Below the pieces are notes generated by a model. The model was given only the letters and a program-made list of their open reading frames with translations. It searched no databases and was not told where the DNA came from. 64,000 nt of DNA. Source: an uncultured Gemmatimonadales bacterium. Lineage in GTDB: Bacteria > Gemmatimonadota > Gemmatimonadetes > Longimicrobiales > RSA9. The position numbers were made by a program, and so were the translations under genes. The DNA is taken from the NCBI GenBank assembly GCA_963816355.1, contig CAWFKH010000006.1, positions 64,001-128,000 on the forward strand. The letters run 5' to 3'. Below are positions 1-9,131 of this stretch, in pieces (positions within the stretch are counted from its first letter, which is position 1; every line of letters begins with the position of its first letter).

Positions 1-53
1 AGACGATCCTCGAATTGTCGTAGGAAACGGTCATCCGTAGCTCAGCATCCCCC

Positions 54-629
54 TCAAGCCGCGCGCAGGCTCGCGCACGGGCACGTCCCCCGGTACGGCG
101 GCTCGTCTCCCGCCGCGCCGCACGCGACGAGGTCTGCGATCTCGCCGGCCGTCGTCGCACCGTGGTCGCGAGCGTACCAGCGCCGCAGTTCGCGGTAGCG
201 CTCCGTCTTATCGAGCCGTCGGCCCTCCACCTCGAACCAGCGCTGCAGCGGGCCGGGCCTCGGACCCCACCAGCCACGCGCCGTGCCCTCCTCGTCCAGG
301 AGCACGAAGACGGGGATCGCGCGGCTGGTTCCCGTGAGGTGGCGCTCCATCAGACCCGGGACCTCTTCCCGGCCGACAATGCGCAGCTCGAGGTTCTCCG
401 CCGCCTCGGCGAGCTTCGCCACGACCGGAAGGATGTTGACGGCGTCGCCGCACCAGTCGTCGGCGAGCGCGAGGAGCCGCCAGCGCCCCGGCGTCGCCGA
501 GACCCGGTCGAGGGCCGCCTTCGGAGGCGTCACACGCGCCGCGACGGCCATCCAGAGGTCGCGGCTCGCGACCGCGCCGCCCAGGAACTCGCCAAACGTC
601 TTTCCCTGCCGATATGCCTGCTCGTACAT
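54..629 (-). CDS. Thioredoxin family protein (Thioredoxin_9-like)
   Basis: ATG at 629 (MYEQAYRQG...), DWCGDA active-site-like motif, RAIPVFV and WGPRP motifs. Confidence 0.85.
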   Translation of the reverse strand: MYEQAYRQGKTFGEFLGGAVASRDLWMAVAARVTPPKAALDRVSATPGRWRLLALADDWCGDAVNILPVVAKLAEAAENLELRIVGREEVPGLMERHLTGTSRAIPVFVLLDEEGTARGWWGPRPGPLQRWFEVEGRRLDKTERYRELRRWYARDHGATTAGEIADLVACGAAGDEPPYRGTCPCASLRAA

Positions 630-704
630 GGACTCTCTCCCTCGCTCTCTCTTCCCGATCCAACGGTGCGCGGCGGGTCCCGCGCGATCCACCCCTCGGC
701 GCCC

Positions 705-732
705 CAACCGCCCCGCGGCCGGGGACGGTTCC
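705..732 (-). promoter_or_regulatory. SigH/SigR-type ECF promoter candidate (GGAAC-N19-GTTG)
   Basis: Minus strand GGAACcgtcc...cgGTTG upstream of the thioredoxin gene; spacer 1 nt longer than the other copies. Confidence 0.5.
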
Positions 733-747
733 CGCCGCGCCGGACCG

Positions 748-875
748 CGTGGGTCCGCGGCGAGGTCCGCGGCGGATCGCGGCGAGGACTGCGGCGGTCC
801 GCGGCGAGGTCCGCGGCGGATCGCGGCGAGGTCCGCGGCGGATCGCGGCGAGGACTGCGGCGGATCGCGGCGAAG
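748..875. repeat. Intergenic tandem repeat of alternating 12/10-bp units
   Basis: Repeated gcggcgaggtcc / gcggcggatc / gcggcgaggact units. Confidence 0.85.
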
Positions 876-909
876 ACCATGCCGGCCGGCGGACGGAGCG
901 CCCGAAAAA

Positions 910-1195
910 GGCTGCTTGGCGCTCTGCGTCGGTCCTGGCCGGCGCCGGGGGACGTCAACTCGTCCCCTCGCCGGACCCCTCCCGGCGTGGGGCAAACCGG
1001 ACGGCTCCGAGAGCGGTCAACTCCACCCCTCGCCCGAAGCCGCGTCCGGGCGGGGCCATTGCGACCGCGCCTCGCGCTGTCCGATCCGCCCCGGATCGGA
1101 AATGGCGGCCGGCGGGGTGAGTTTGGCGGCGATCACGGACGGTGCCGACCGGCCGTCGAGCGAACGAGGAGGCAAAGGCAGCGAGCCAGCAAGCC
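910..1195. repeat. Phased palindromic element (GAC-N13-GTC, 62-63 bp period), divergent copy C
   Basis: 49-50 bp units start at 954, 1016 and 1079, separated by 13-nt spacers; imperfect terminal inverted repeat 910-927/1178-1195. Confidence 0.5.
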
Positions 1196-1215
1196 ACCCC
1201 CGAACGGGACGCGAG

Positions 1216-1242
1216 GGAACGCTCGCGGCGCCTCTCCGGTTG
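1216..1242 (+). promoter_or_regulatory. SigH/SigR-type ECF promoter (GGAAC-N18-GTTG)
   Basis: GGAAC 1216-1220, GTTG 1239-1242, about 45 bp before ATG 1287. Confidence 0.6.
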
Positions 1243-1286
1243 GGCCGGCCGGAAGGTAGCACGCGACCCGATCAGGAGAGATCCGG

Positions 1287-2069
1287 ATGAACACGCGCAC
1301 GCTCGCCCGCCGGCGGATGACCCGCATGGCGCGCACCATTACCCTGGCCGCGATCGTGCTCGCCGCGGCGGCGGCCCTGCCGCTTCCCTCGTCGGCGCTC
1401 CACGCGCAGACGAAGACGATCACCGTCCGCGCTGATCGCGAGGCGATCATGATCTATCCCGGCCCGGCCCCGATGGCGGACAGCGCCGCGGCGGTGATCG
1501 CCAAGATGCCGCCGGAAGCGCAGAAGATGATGGGAATGATGGCGAAGATGGGCCCCTTCTCGAACAACGCGAAGGCGGTCACGGGCACGTTCCGGATGGA
1601 GGCGACGGACGCCGGCGCGAGCGGCGACGCGGTGAACGCCGTCGCGGAGTTCACCGACGCGCAGGGTGCGAAGTGGCGCGTCGTGACGGACCGCCTGGCG
1701 ACGAAGGACGAGCCGATGCTGCCGCACTTCGGCGGCGTCGTCACCGACTGGGTTTCGCACGGCTCGACCGGGATGAACGTGCCGCTCGTCCCGACGGTGC
1801 GCGACGCCGTGTCGCTGTGGGGCCTCAGCAGGGTGTGGAAGGACGGCAAGCTGGTCACCGACGCTGAGCCGACGCACATCATGGTCACCTCGCGCACGCG
1901 CGGCGACGCGTCGCAGGGATACGCCTACCAGTGCTGGAACTGCACGCAGCGGCCGATGGGCGAGGTCCACGTGATGCTGCGTCCGAAGGACGGGATGGGC
2001 GTGCAGCTCCCCAGCCCGGGCGGCTTCATCCACGCGATGTGGGAGCAGAGCGCGGTCGAGACGCACTGA
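1287..2069 (+). CDS. Secreted Met-rich hypothetical protein
   Basis: AGGAG RBS, signal peptide (…ALHA/Q), KMMGMMAKM segment, protein-like composition. Confidence 0.75.
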   Translation: MNTRTLARRRMTRMARTITLAAIVLAAAAALPLPSSALHAQTKTITVRADREAIMIYPGPAPMADSAAAVIAKMPPEAQKMMGMMAKMGPFSNNAKAVTGTFRMEATDAGASGDAVNAVAEFTDAQGAKWRVVTDRLATKDEPMLPHFGGVVTDWVSHGSTGMNVPLVPTVRDAVSLWGLSRVWKDGKLVTDAEPTHIMVTSRTRGDASQGYAYQCWNCTQRPMGEVHVMLRPKDGMGVQLPSPGGFIHAMWEQSAVETH

Positions 2070-2141
2070 CGCTGCGCGCGAGCGGGAAATTCGAACGGCT
2101 TCCTCGATCGAGGGCGGGCGATCCGCCCGCCCTCACCTCCC

Positions 2142-2396
2142 TCACCCCGCCTCCTGCTCCAGAATCCGCTCAAACAGGCGCCGGCGCAGCTCCGGACGGG
2201 CAACGTCGCGCTCGCGGATCTGACGCGCGTACTCGAAGTAAGCGCGCTGGAAGTCGTACTGCGGGTAGCAGCGGTGACACACCTCGAGATGCTTGCGCAC
2301 GGCGTTCTCCTCGCCCGCCGGCAGCTCGCCGTCCAGAAAGTCCCACAGGCGCGCGAGCGCATCCTCGCAACGCATCATTCCCATCGCTTCCATCAT
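2142..2396 (-). CDS. Zinc-binding anti-sigma factor (zf-HC2, RsrA/RshA-like)
   Basis: C...LWDFLDGEL...HLEVCHRC (HxxxCxxC); overlaps the sigma gene stop. Confidence 0.9.
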   Translation of the reverse strand: MMEAMGMMRCEDALARLWDFLDGELPAGEENAVRKHLEVCHRCYPQYDFQRAYFEYARQIRERDVARPELRRRLFERILEQEAG

Positions 2397-3091
2397 GGCG
2401 TCGCCTCCTCGCGCACGTAGCCGGAGCGAACCGCGAATTCCCGCAGCTGCCCCTGCAGCATTCTCCTGGCCCGGAAGAGACGGCTCTTCGCCGTCCCCAG
2501 CGGGATTCCGAGCACTTCGGCGACTTCGCCGTACTTCAGGTCGCCCAGGTCGCTCAGCACGAGCACATCCCGGAAATCCTCCGGTAGCGCGTCGATCGCC
2601 TCCACTACCTCGTCATCGACGAGCCGGTCGAAGAACTCACGCTCCGGGTCCGAGCCGGGCTTCTCGAAATCCGACGCCGCCGCGAGCGCCTCGATGCCCG
2701 CGTCGAGATCCGACGCCGGCCTCTCGCGCTGATTGCGCACCAGTTCCTTCTGGTGGAGATAGGTGTTGCGACAGATCGTGAACAGCCACGACTTGGCGTT
2801 GGTGCCCCGCTGGAACGTGTGCCAGAAGCGGTGCGCGCGCAGGAACGTGTCCTGCACCAGGTCCTCCGCCGCGTCCGGGTCCCCACGGTGGAGTCGGAGC
2901 GCGAAGCGGAAGACCGCGTCGAGCCACGGCAGCGCCTCCTCGGCGAAGCCGTCGCGCGCGAGCTCCGGTTCGTCGCCCCGCGCCGGGGGCGTCCCCTCGC
3001 GCGCGCGGCCGGGGGCGACGTCGTCGTGTCGCGGTCCGGCGAGCATCGCCCACGCCATGCGGACGCGGTCGAACAGAGCCTCCCGACTCAT
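2393..3091 (-). CDS. ECF RNA polymerase sigma factor (SigH/SigR-like)
   Basis: AEDLVQDTFLRA, GTNAKSWLFTI, YGEVAEVLGIPLGTAKSRLFRAR. Confidence 0.93.
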   Translation of the reverse strand: MSREALFDRVRMAWAMLAGPRHDDVAPGRAREGTPPARGDEPELARDGFAEEALPWLDAVFRFALRLHRGDPDAAEDLVQDTFLRAHRFWHTFQRGTNAKSWLFTICRNTYLHQKELVRNQRERPASDLDAGIEALAAASDFEKPGSDPEREFFDRLVDDEVVEAIDALPEDFRDVLVLSDLGDLKYGEVAEVLGIPLGTAKSRLFRARRMLQGQLREFAVRSGYVREEATP

Positions 3092-3144
3092 TCCACCCTC
3101 TCCTTCGTCGCATCGTGCGCCCCGGGATCCCGGGGGTACCGACC

Positions 3145-3171
3145 CAACCGGACGTCGCGACGGACGGTTCC
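3145..3171 (-). promoter_or_regulatory. SigH/SigR-type autoregulatory promoter (GGAAC-N18-GTTG)
   Basis: Minus strand GGAACcgtccgtcgcgacgtccgGTTG upstream of the sigma gene. Confidence 0.7.
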
Positions 3172-3282
3172 AGCGGTTTCACGGCGGGAAGGAGTCGCTC
3201 GAACGGGCACCCGCCCCAGACCGCCCGCGCCGACTGCCCGAACGGGCTCGCGACGGACGCGATCGGCCCTCGATCGGCGGCG

Positions 3283-4188
3283 CTAGCGGATGCGCGCGAT
3301 GCCGTTCCCCGGCTCGGGGAAGCGGACGAACACCTCCGGATCGTGGCCGGGTACGATCAAGCGCACGTCGGCGGCGAGCCGGCGCATGCGGTCCTGCGCG
3401 CGCAGGTTGGACGCGGCGTCGAATGTCTGCGCGATCGGGACGTGGCGCTCCAGGTTCTCGTACAGGTAGACGTTGTCCGAGGCGACGACGACGGTGCCGG
3501 CGTCGGTGTGCACGCCCGCGTACTGGGACGCGTAGGTGTGGCGGCCGCCGGTATAGACGCGGATGCCCGGCAGGATCTCCCGGTCGTCGCCGTCGACCAG
3601 CGTGACGCGTCCTTCCTCGTGAAGCTTTACGAGCAGGGCTGCATCATCGCGGTCGACCCCGGTGTTGCCGCTCGCGCCGGCGCCGCTCGTGTAGTAGTCG
3701 TACTCCGCCTTCTGCACCCAGATGCGGGCGTTCGGGAAGAGGTCGAGCCCGCCCGCGTGGTCCCAGTGCATGTGCGAGAGGATCACGTCCGTGACCTGCT
3801 CCGGCGCCACTCCCGCCGCCGCGACGGCTGCGGCCGCCGTGCGGTAGTCGCGCGGATGGAAGCGGTCGATGTAGCGCTGGCGGTGGAAGCCGACGTCGAC
3901 GAGCACGTTCCTGCCCCGCGCACCCTTCAACAGCCACACCATCATCGCGAGGTCGAGGGTGCGGCCGGAGTCCGCGTCCGCGATCAGCGCGCGAATGGGA
4001 AAGCCGGGGATGGTGGCGTAGCGGATGGCGTAGACGCCGTACGTCGAGTCGGCGCCGGGATCCCCCGGACCTTCGCCGGCCCGGCCCGCCGCGCCTGCGG
4101 GCCGGCCGGGATTCGCGCCGTTCGCGCCGCCGGCCGCGAGCGCGGCGAGGAGCGGCAGCAGCAGCGCGCGCGAGGTCACGCCGACCAC
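3283..4188 (-). CDS. Exported MBL-fold hydrolase, N-acyl-homoserine lactonase family
   Basis: SHMHWDHAG, TGGRHT and VPGHD motifs; signal peptide. Confidence 0.85.
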   Translation of the reverse strand: MVGVTSRALLLPLLAALAAGGANGANPGRPAGAAGRAGEGPGDPGADSTYGVYAIRYATIPGFPIRALIADADSGRTLDLAMMVWLLKGARGRNVLVDVGFHRQRYIDRFHPRDYRTAAAAVAAAGVAPEQVTDVILSHMHWDHAGGLDLFPNARIWVQKAEYDYYTSGAGASGNTGVDRDDAALLVKLHEEGRVTLVDGDDREILPGIRVYTGGRHTYASQYAGVHTDAGTVVVASDNVYLYENLERHVPIAQTFDAASNLRAQDRMRRLAADVRLIVPGHDPEVFVRFPEPGNGIARIR

Positions 4189-4210
4189 GGCTCGTCGGTG
4201 TCGGCGAGGC

Positions 4211-5581
4211 TCATCTCCTACCTCCCCCTGCGGGCGGTGAGTGCAGCTCGAGCGCCATCGAGCGGAAGTCGAGAACGTACTCGTCGAAGCCGCTCAGCGC
4301 ATCACGGCCGAGGTTGCACATGACATCGTCACGCGCGGCGGGGCGGATCGAGCGCGTGTACACCTCGATGCTGTCCATGCGCACCGGCGTGCCCGCGACC
4401 TCCAGCACCGTCGGCGGCAGCATGAAGACGGGGAAGCGCCGCATGCCACCGGCGCCGCCGCGCGTCACGGTGTCGGCACGGCCGACGCGCTCGACGTCGA
4501 GGTGGTGCGCCCTGTAGTACGGCGCGTACAGCGTCGTCGTGCCGGCGCCGGTGTCGAGCTGGCAGGCGAGCGTGTCGCCCCGCAGCACCACCGGTACGAA
4601 GAGGGAGTACTGGTCCAGCGCCAGCGTGCCGCCGCGGCCGCCGCCCGGCTCCGCCGCAACGCGGTACGTGCCGTCGCGCCGGTAGCCGACCTCGCCGAGC
4701 GCGTCCAGCACCGGGAAGCCGAGCAGCCCCGGAATCCGAAAGCCGCCGGCGAACGTCAGCAGCGAGTCCGGCAGAACCAGGAAGACGACGTGGCGCACCA
4801 CCACGCCCCCCACCTCGACGCGATCGGCGACGGCGAGGTCCGCGCGCACCGTGACGTCCGTCGACGTGCCCACCTCCACGCCCGCAGCCCGCGTCCGCAA
4901 CCCGAGGTCGGCCGCCTCGGACGCCATGATCGCCGACAGATTCGCGCCGCTGTCGAAGAAGAACCGCTTGCCGCGTCCGTCGATGACCACCGGGATCGCT
5001 CCGCTCTGTGGCCGGATGATCGCGCCGTGCCGCGCCTCGACCGCCTGCGGCGGCACCCCCCGCAGCGCCTCGAGCAGGCGGATCGTGTTGGCGACGTCGG
5101 CGCGCGTCGCCGAATCGGCGAGCGGCGAGGCGACCAGGCGGCGCGCCGTCGCCAGCGCCTCGCCGTAGCGGTAGAGTCCCACCTCGTTGTGCAGCCGCAG
5201 CCGCGCCGCCAGGAAGGTCACCGAGTCCGGCGTCGGCTCCGGCGAAGCCTCCAGACGCGCGAGCAGCTCCTCCGAGCGCGCCCGCCGGCCGAACGCGCCC
5301 TCGACCGCGGCGCGCAGGTAGATCGACCACGCATTCCCACGCTCGTCCAGCTCGCGCATGCGGTCCGCCAGACGGAAATAGTCGTGCGTACGCCGAAGCT
5401 CGAGCAGCGCCGCGCGCGTCGAGTCCGGCAGCGGCGCCGTGTCGGGGCCGCCGCCGGCGCCGCAGCCCGCCTGCACCGTCGCCGCGAGCGCGACCGGACC
5501 GAGGAGGCGGAGAACGCGAACGCGGCGCGCGCGTGCGGCTCGCCGCAGCCGCGCCGCCGCCCGCCGCGCTGCCGGCAGCAC
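4211..5581 (-). CDS. Lipoprotein with two retropepsin-like aspartyl protease domains
   Basis: FDSGA and LDTGA catalytic motifs, GLLG/CNLG flaps, lipobox VQAGC; GTG start at 5581 inferred. Confidence 0.8.
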   Translation of the reverse strand: MLPAARRAAARLRRAARARRVRVLRLLGPVALAATVQAGCGAGGGPDTAPLPDSTRAALLELRRTHDYFRLADRMRELDERGNAWSIYLRAAVEGAFGRRARSEELLARLEASPEPTPDSVTFLAARLRLHNEVGLYRYGEALATARRLVASPLADSATRADVANTIRLLEALRGVPPQAVEARHGAIIRPQSGAIPVVIDGRGKRFFFDSGANLSAIMASEAADLGLRTRAAGVEVGTSTDVTVRADLAVADRVEVGGVVVRHVVFLVLPDSLLTFAGGFRIPGLLGFPVLDALGEVGYRRDGTYRVAAEPGGGRGGTLALDQYSLFVPVVLRGDTLACQLDTGAGTTTLYAPYYRAHHLDVERVGRADTVTRGGAGGMRRFPVFMLPPTVLEVAGTPVRMDSIEVYTRSIRPAARDDVMCNLGRDALSGFDEYVLDFRSMALELHSPPAGGGRR

Positions 5582-5582
5582 G

Positions 5583-6236
5583 CTACGCCCGCTCCGCCAG
5601 CACTTCGAAGCAGCAGCTCGGCCGCGGTCCGTGATCGCAGCACTCGCGCACATCGCCCCCGCCCAGCTCCGCCACGATCGCGCGCACCACCGCGCACACC
5701 GCCGCGTGCTCGCCCACCGCGGACGAGAGCGGGCAGCCGTGGCCCACCAGCCGCCAACCGCCCTCCATCGCCACGACGTCAATGTCGCCGCCCAGCGCCC
5801 GCAGCGCGGCCGCCGCCCGCTCCACCCCCTCCCGGCTACCCCCCCTCTTCCCCGCCACCGCCCCATCAACCGCCGCCCGATCCGCCCCCGCACGCCGGCC
5901 GACTTCCTCCAGCAACGACTCCACTCCGCCCCGACCCAGCCGCTCCTCCAGCAACCCCACCAGCCCGCTCAGCACGTACGCGTACGCCTTCGGAAACAAC
6001 TCCTCCGCGTCCGCTGTCAGACGGTACAGGCTCGCCGGCTTGCCGCCGGTCTCCCGCTCCACACCCGCGGGCTCCACCAGGCCGTCCCGCTGCAGCCCCG
6101 CTACGTGCCCTCGCACCGCGTTGCCCGAGATGCCGAGCTCCGACGCCAGATCCCCCACCGAGCGCTCCGAGCGCCGCAGCAGGCTCAGCAGCCGCCCGCG
6201 CGTCGTCCCGATCAGCGTTTCGAACCAGTTCTTCAT
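5583..6236 (-). CDS. HTH transcriptional regulator (ArsR/SufR-like) with Cys-rich C-terminus
   Basis: SVGDLASELGISGNAVRGHVAGL HTH, GGKPASLY, GCP...AVC...CCF. Confidence 0.85.
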   Translation of the reverse strand: MKNWFETLIGTTRGRLLSLLRRSERSVGDLASELGISGNAVRGHVAGLQRDGLVEPAGVERETGGKPASLYRLTADAEELFPKAYAYVLSGLVGLLEERLGRGGVESLLEEVGRRAGADRAAVDGAVAGKRGGSREGVERAAAALRALGGDIDVVAMEGGWRLVGHGCPLSSAVGEHAAVCAVVRAIVAELGGGDVRECCDHGPRPSCCFEVLAERA

Positions 6237-6299
6237 AGCCGTCCCCTTCCGCGGCGCTCCGCCCGCCAAGCTAATCCCGGGCGTGGGCAATGGCAATTT

Positions 6300-6319
6300 A
6301 TACAATTAATGTATTGACA
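6300..6319. promoter_or_regulatory. Candidate operator ATACA-N5-TGTAT overlapping a TTGACA hexamer
   Basis: AT-rich island between divergent genes: ATACAattaaTGTAT followed by TTGACA 6314-6319. Confidence 0.5.
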
Positions 6320-6405
6320 AAGTGCCGTCCACCCCGCATCCTGGGGTGGCGGGGCCGCGGGGCCCCGCGCACAGGTGCGTCGACCCGAAAAGAAGGAGGC
6401 GAAGG

Positions 6406-6987
6406 ATGCGTAGCAGCCGGTGGACGTTGCGACAGGGAGCGAGGGCGGGGACGGGGATGGCGGTGCTGGCGCTGGCGGTGGCGGCGCCGTCGTCGCTGCG
6501 GGCGCAGGGGGCGCAGGCCTCGTCGGGGCCGAGCGACGCGGTGATCGCGCACATCGCGGTGACGGCGAACGCGATCGACGTGGCGATGGCGCAGTTGGCG
6601 CTGACGAAGGATGCGTCGCAGGACGTGGCGGGGTTCGCGAAGACGATGATCGGGGACCACACGGCGGTGAACAAGCGGGCGGCGGCGCTGGCGGGGCGGC
6701 TGAAGCTGACCCCGGAGGACAACGCGGTGAGCCAGAGTCTGCAGAAGGGGGCGGCGGAGGCGCGGCAGAAGCTGGAGGGGTTGAGTGGTGGGGCGTTCGA
6801 GCGGGCGTACATGGACCGTGAAGTGGCGTACCATCAGGCGGTGCTCGACGCGCTGAACAAGACGCTGATCCCGAACGCGGACAACGCGGAGCTGAAGGAA
6901 CTGCTGCAGGATGCGGCGCGCGCGGTGGAAGCGCATCTGGGTCGCGCGAAGGTGATCCGGGAGCGGCTCGGGAAGGGGGGCGCATGA
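6406..6987 (+). CDS. DUF4142 domain secreted protein
   Basis: Signal peptide; AQLA..K..S.DV.GFA..MI.DH; FERAYMDREVAYHQAV. Confidence 0.85.
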   Translation: MRSSRWTLRQGARAGTGMAVLALAVAAPSSLRAQGAQASSGPSDAVIAHIAVTANAIDVAMAQLALTKDASQDVAGFAKTMIGDHTAVNKRAAALAGRLKLTPEDNAVSQSLQKGAAEARQKLEGLSGGAFERAYMDREVAYHQAVLDALNKTLIPNADNAELKELLQDAARAVEAHLGRAKVIRERLGKGGA

Positions 6988-8207
6988 AGGGGCGGCTCGT
7001 CCTGCTGGCGCCGCTGCTGATGGCGGGGCTGCTGGCATGCGACGCGCCCGATCCGACGACGTCGCCTGCGGCCGCCACGTCGCGCTTCAACATGGGCTCG
7101 GGCACGATGCGGACGCCGCTGAATCCGCAGCTCGTGGCGCGTGGCAAGCGAATCTTCCGCTACGACGACTTCGGCGACTCGCGCTTCTGGACCGGGACGC
7201 TGCACCTGAACGACGTGGTGGAGACGCTTACGCCGCTGCAGGCGCTGGGGCTCGGGCTGAAGGTGGACGTGGACGCGGTGCCGCCGGCGGTCCTGGACGC
7301 GGTGCTGACGAATCCGGCGCTGCTGAGCGATCCCGCGACGACGCGGGCGCTGCTGTCGCTGAACGCGGTCGTCGGGGTGACGGCGACGGTGGAAGGCGAT
7401 CACGTGACGAGCCTCGGCATCACGTGCGCCCTCTGCCACTCGACGGTGGACGACGCGGTCACGGGCGGGATCGGCCATCGTCTGGACGGCTGGCCGAACC
7501 GGGAGCTGCAGGTGGGCGCCATCGTCGGCGCATCGCCGGCGATCCCGGCGAGCGGCTCCTTCGGTCAGTACCTGGCGACGTGGGGCCCCGGCTTCTACGA
7601 CGCGCGCGTCAACCTCGACGGCCGCACCGACGGCCCGGTGGTGATTCCGCCCGCGTACGGTCTGCGCGACGTCGCGCTCGAGACGTACACGGGCGAGGGA
7701 CCCGTGTCGTACTGGAACGCGTACGTGGCGGTAACGCAGATGCACGGCCAGGGTGCCTTCTCGGATGCGCGCCTGGGCATCCACGTGCACCCGGACGGCC
7801 CGGACCTCGTGCAGCCGAAGCTCGCCGCTCTGCGCGAGTATCAGCTCAGCCTCGCCGCTCCCGCTCCGCAGAGCGGTGAATACGACGCCGCCGCCGCGGC
7901 GCGCGGCAGGACACTCTTCGACGGCGCCGCCGGCTGCGCGGGCTGCCACGTGCCGCCCACCTACACGGACGCACCGCGGCTGCACGCGCCGAGCGAGGTG
8001 CCGGTGGAGCCGTCGTGGGCCGAGCGCAGCGCGACCGGCGAGTACCGGACCACGCCGCTGCGGGGGCTGCTGCGGCACGCGCCGTACTTCCACGACGGCT
8101 CGGCGGCGACGCTGGCGGATGTCGTCGCGCGCTACGACGCCTTCTTCGATCTCGGCCTGTCGGCGGCGCAGCGGAGCGACCTGGTGGAGTTCCTGAAGAC
8201 GTTGTAG
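6984..8207 (+). CDS. Di-heme c-type cytochrome lipoprotein (peroxidase-like C-terminus)
   Basis: Lipobox LLAC; CALCH and CAGCH heme motifs; YRTTPLRGL...PYFHDGS. Confidence 0.8.
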   Translation: MKGRLVLLAPLLMAGLLACDAPDPTTSPAAATSRFNMGSGTMRTPLNPQLVARGKRIFRYDDFGDSRFWTGTLHLNDVVETLTPLQALGLGLKVDVDAVPPAVLDAVLTNPALLSDPATTRALLSLNAVVGVTATVEGDHVTSLGITCALCHSTVDDAVTGGIGHRLDGWPNRELQVGAIVGASPAIPASGSFGQYLATWGPGFYDARVNLDGRTDGPVVIPPAYGLRDVALETYTGEGPVSYWNAYVAVTQMHGQGAFSDARLGIHVHPDGPDLVQPKLAALREYQLSLAAPAPQSGEYDAAAAARGRTLFDGAAGCAGCHVPPTYTDAPRLHAPSEVPVEPSWAERSATGEYRTTPLRGLLRHAPYFHDGSAATLADVVARYDAFFDLGLSAAQRSDLVEFLKTL

Positions 8208-8367
8208 GGTGCGAGGGACGGGGCGGTATACCGTCCATAACATGTTGTGTTGCAATGGGTTACAGTGGGGCGGGGCCGGCATCCCGGCGCCGCCCCACGT
8301 CTTCACGCACGGGTCTTGCACCAAGGCCGTCCGTCGGACTGTGACACTCGTGACGGAGGGATCGAGA

Positions 8368-8952
8368 ATGCTCAGGCGGACGATGGCAGTGACGATTGGG
8401 ATTCTGGCGGTGGCGGCATGCGGCAATGGTGCGGACAACCAGGATCTGGGGGATCAGAACGAGATGGCCCCGGCAGCGACGCCCCCGGCGGCGCAGGAGC
8501 AGCCGGCGGATCAGGGTATGGCGGCGCCGGCGACGGTGGCGCTGAACGTTTCGCAGTCGGCGGACATGGGCGCCTACGTGGTCGATTCGGACGGGCGCGC
8601 GGTGTACCTGTTCACGAAGGACGACAACGGCCAGAGCGCGTGCACCGACGCGTGCGCGCAGGCGTGGCCGCCGGTGCTGGCGCAGTCGGCGACGGTCAAC
8701 GGGCAGGGGCTGGACCAGGCGCAGATCGGGACGATCGTGCGGCCGGACGGCCAGACGCAGGTCACCTACAACGGCCACCCGCTCTACTACTTCGCGAAGG
8801 ACGCGAATCCGGGCGCGACGACCGGTGAGGACGTCCACGCGTTCGACGGCGAGTGGTACCTGATCACGCCGAGCGGCGACAAGCTCGAGCCGAAGAACGG
8901 CGAGAACGGCGAGGGTGGCACGGCGCAGCCGAGCACCGGCTCGGGCGCCTGA
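8368..8952 (+). CDS. Lipoprotein with Yx(FWY)xxD repeats (COG4315/Lipoprotein_15)
   Basis: Lipobox VAAC; GRAVYLFTKD, CAQAWPP, QVTYNGHPLYYFAKD. Confidence 0.88.
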   Translation: MLRRTMAVTIGILAVAACGNGADNQDLGDQNEMAPAATPPAAQEQPADQGMAAPATVALNVSQSADMGAYVVDSDGRAVYLFTKDDNGQSACTDACAQAWPPVLAQSATVNGQGLDQAQIGTIVRPDGQTQVTYNGHPLYYFAKDANPGATTGEDVHAFDGEWYLITPSGDKLEPKNGENGEGGTAQPSTGSGA

Positions 8953-9131
8953 CGGGAACGGCGAATGAGCCGCACCGGCTCCGGCGCGTTGAATCGGCCG
9001 GAGCGGGTGTGAGCGCCGGCGGTCCCCGTTAGCGGGCGGGGCCGCCGGCGTCTACAACGGGGAGCGCGCGCGACGGAGCGCAACGACACGCGGCCGACGG
9101 TCCCGGAGAGGGGCGGGCCGCGTTTCGCATC

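Noticed and set aside
1..34. Start of a minus-strand gene (MTVSYDNSRIV...)
   Set aside because: Only 11 codons lie inside the window, too little to support a call
8306..8321. Sigma54 promoter before the lipoprotein gene
   Set aside because: acgcacgggtcttgca lacks the invariant -24 GG
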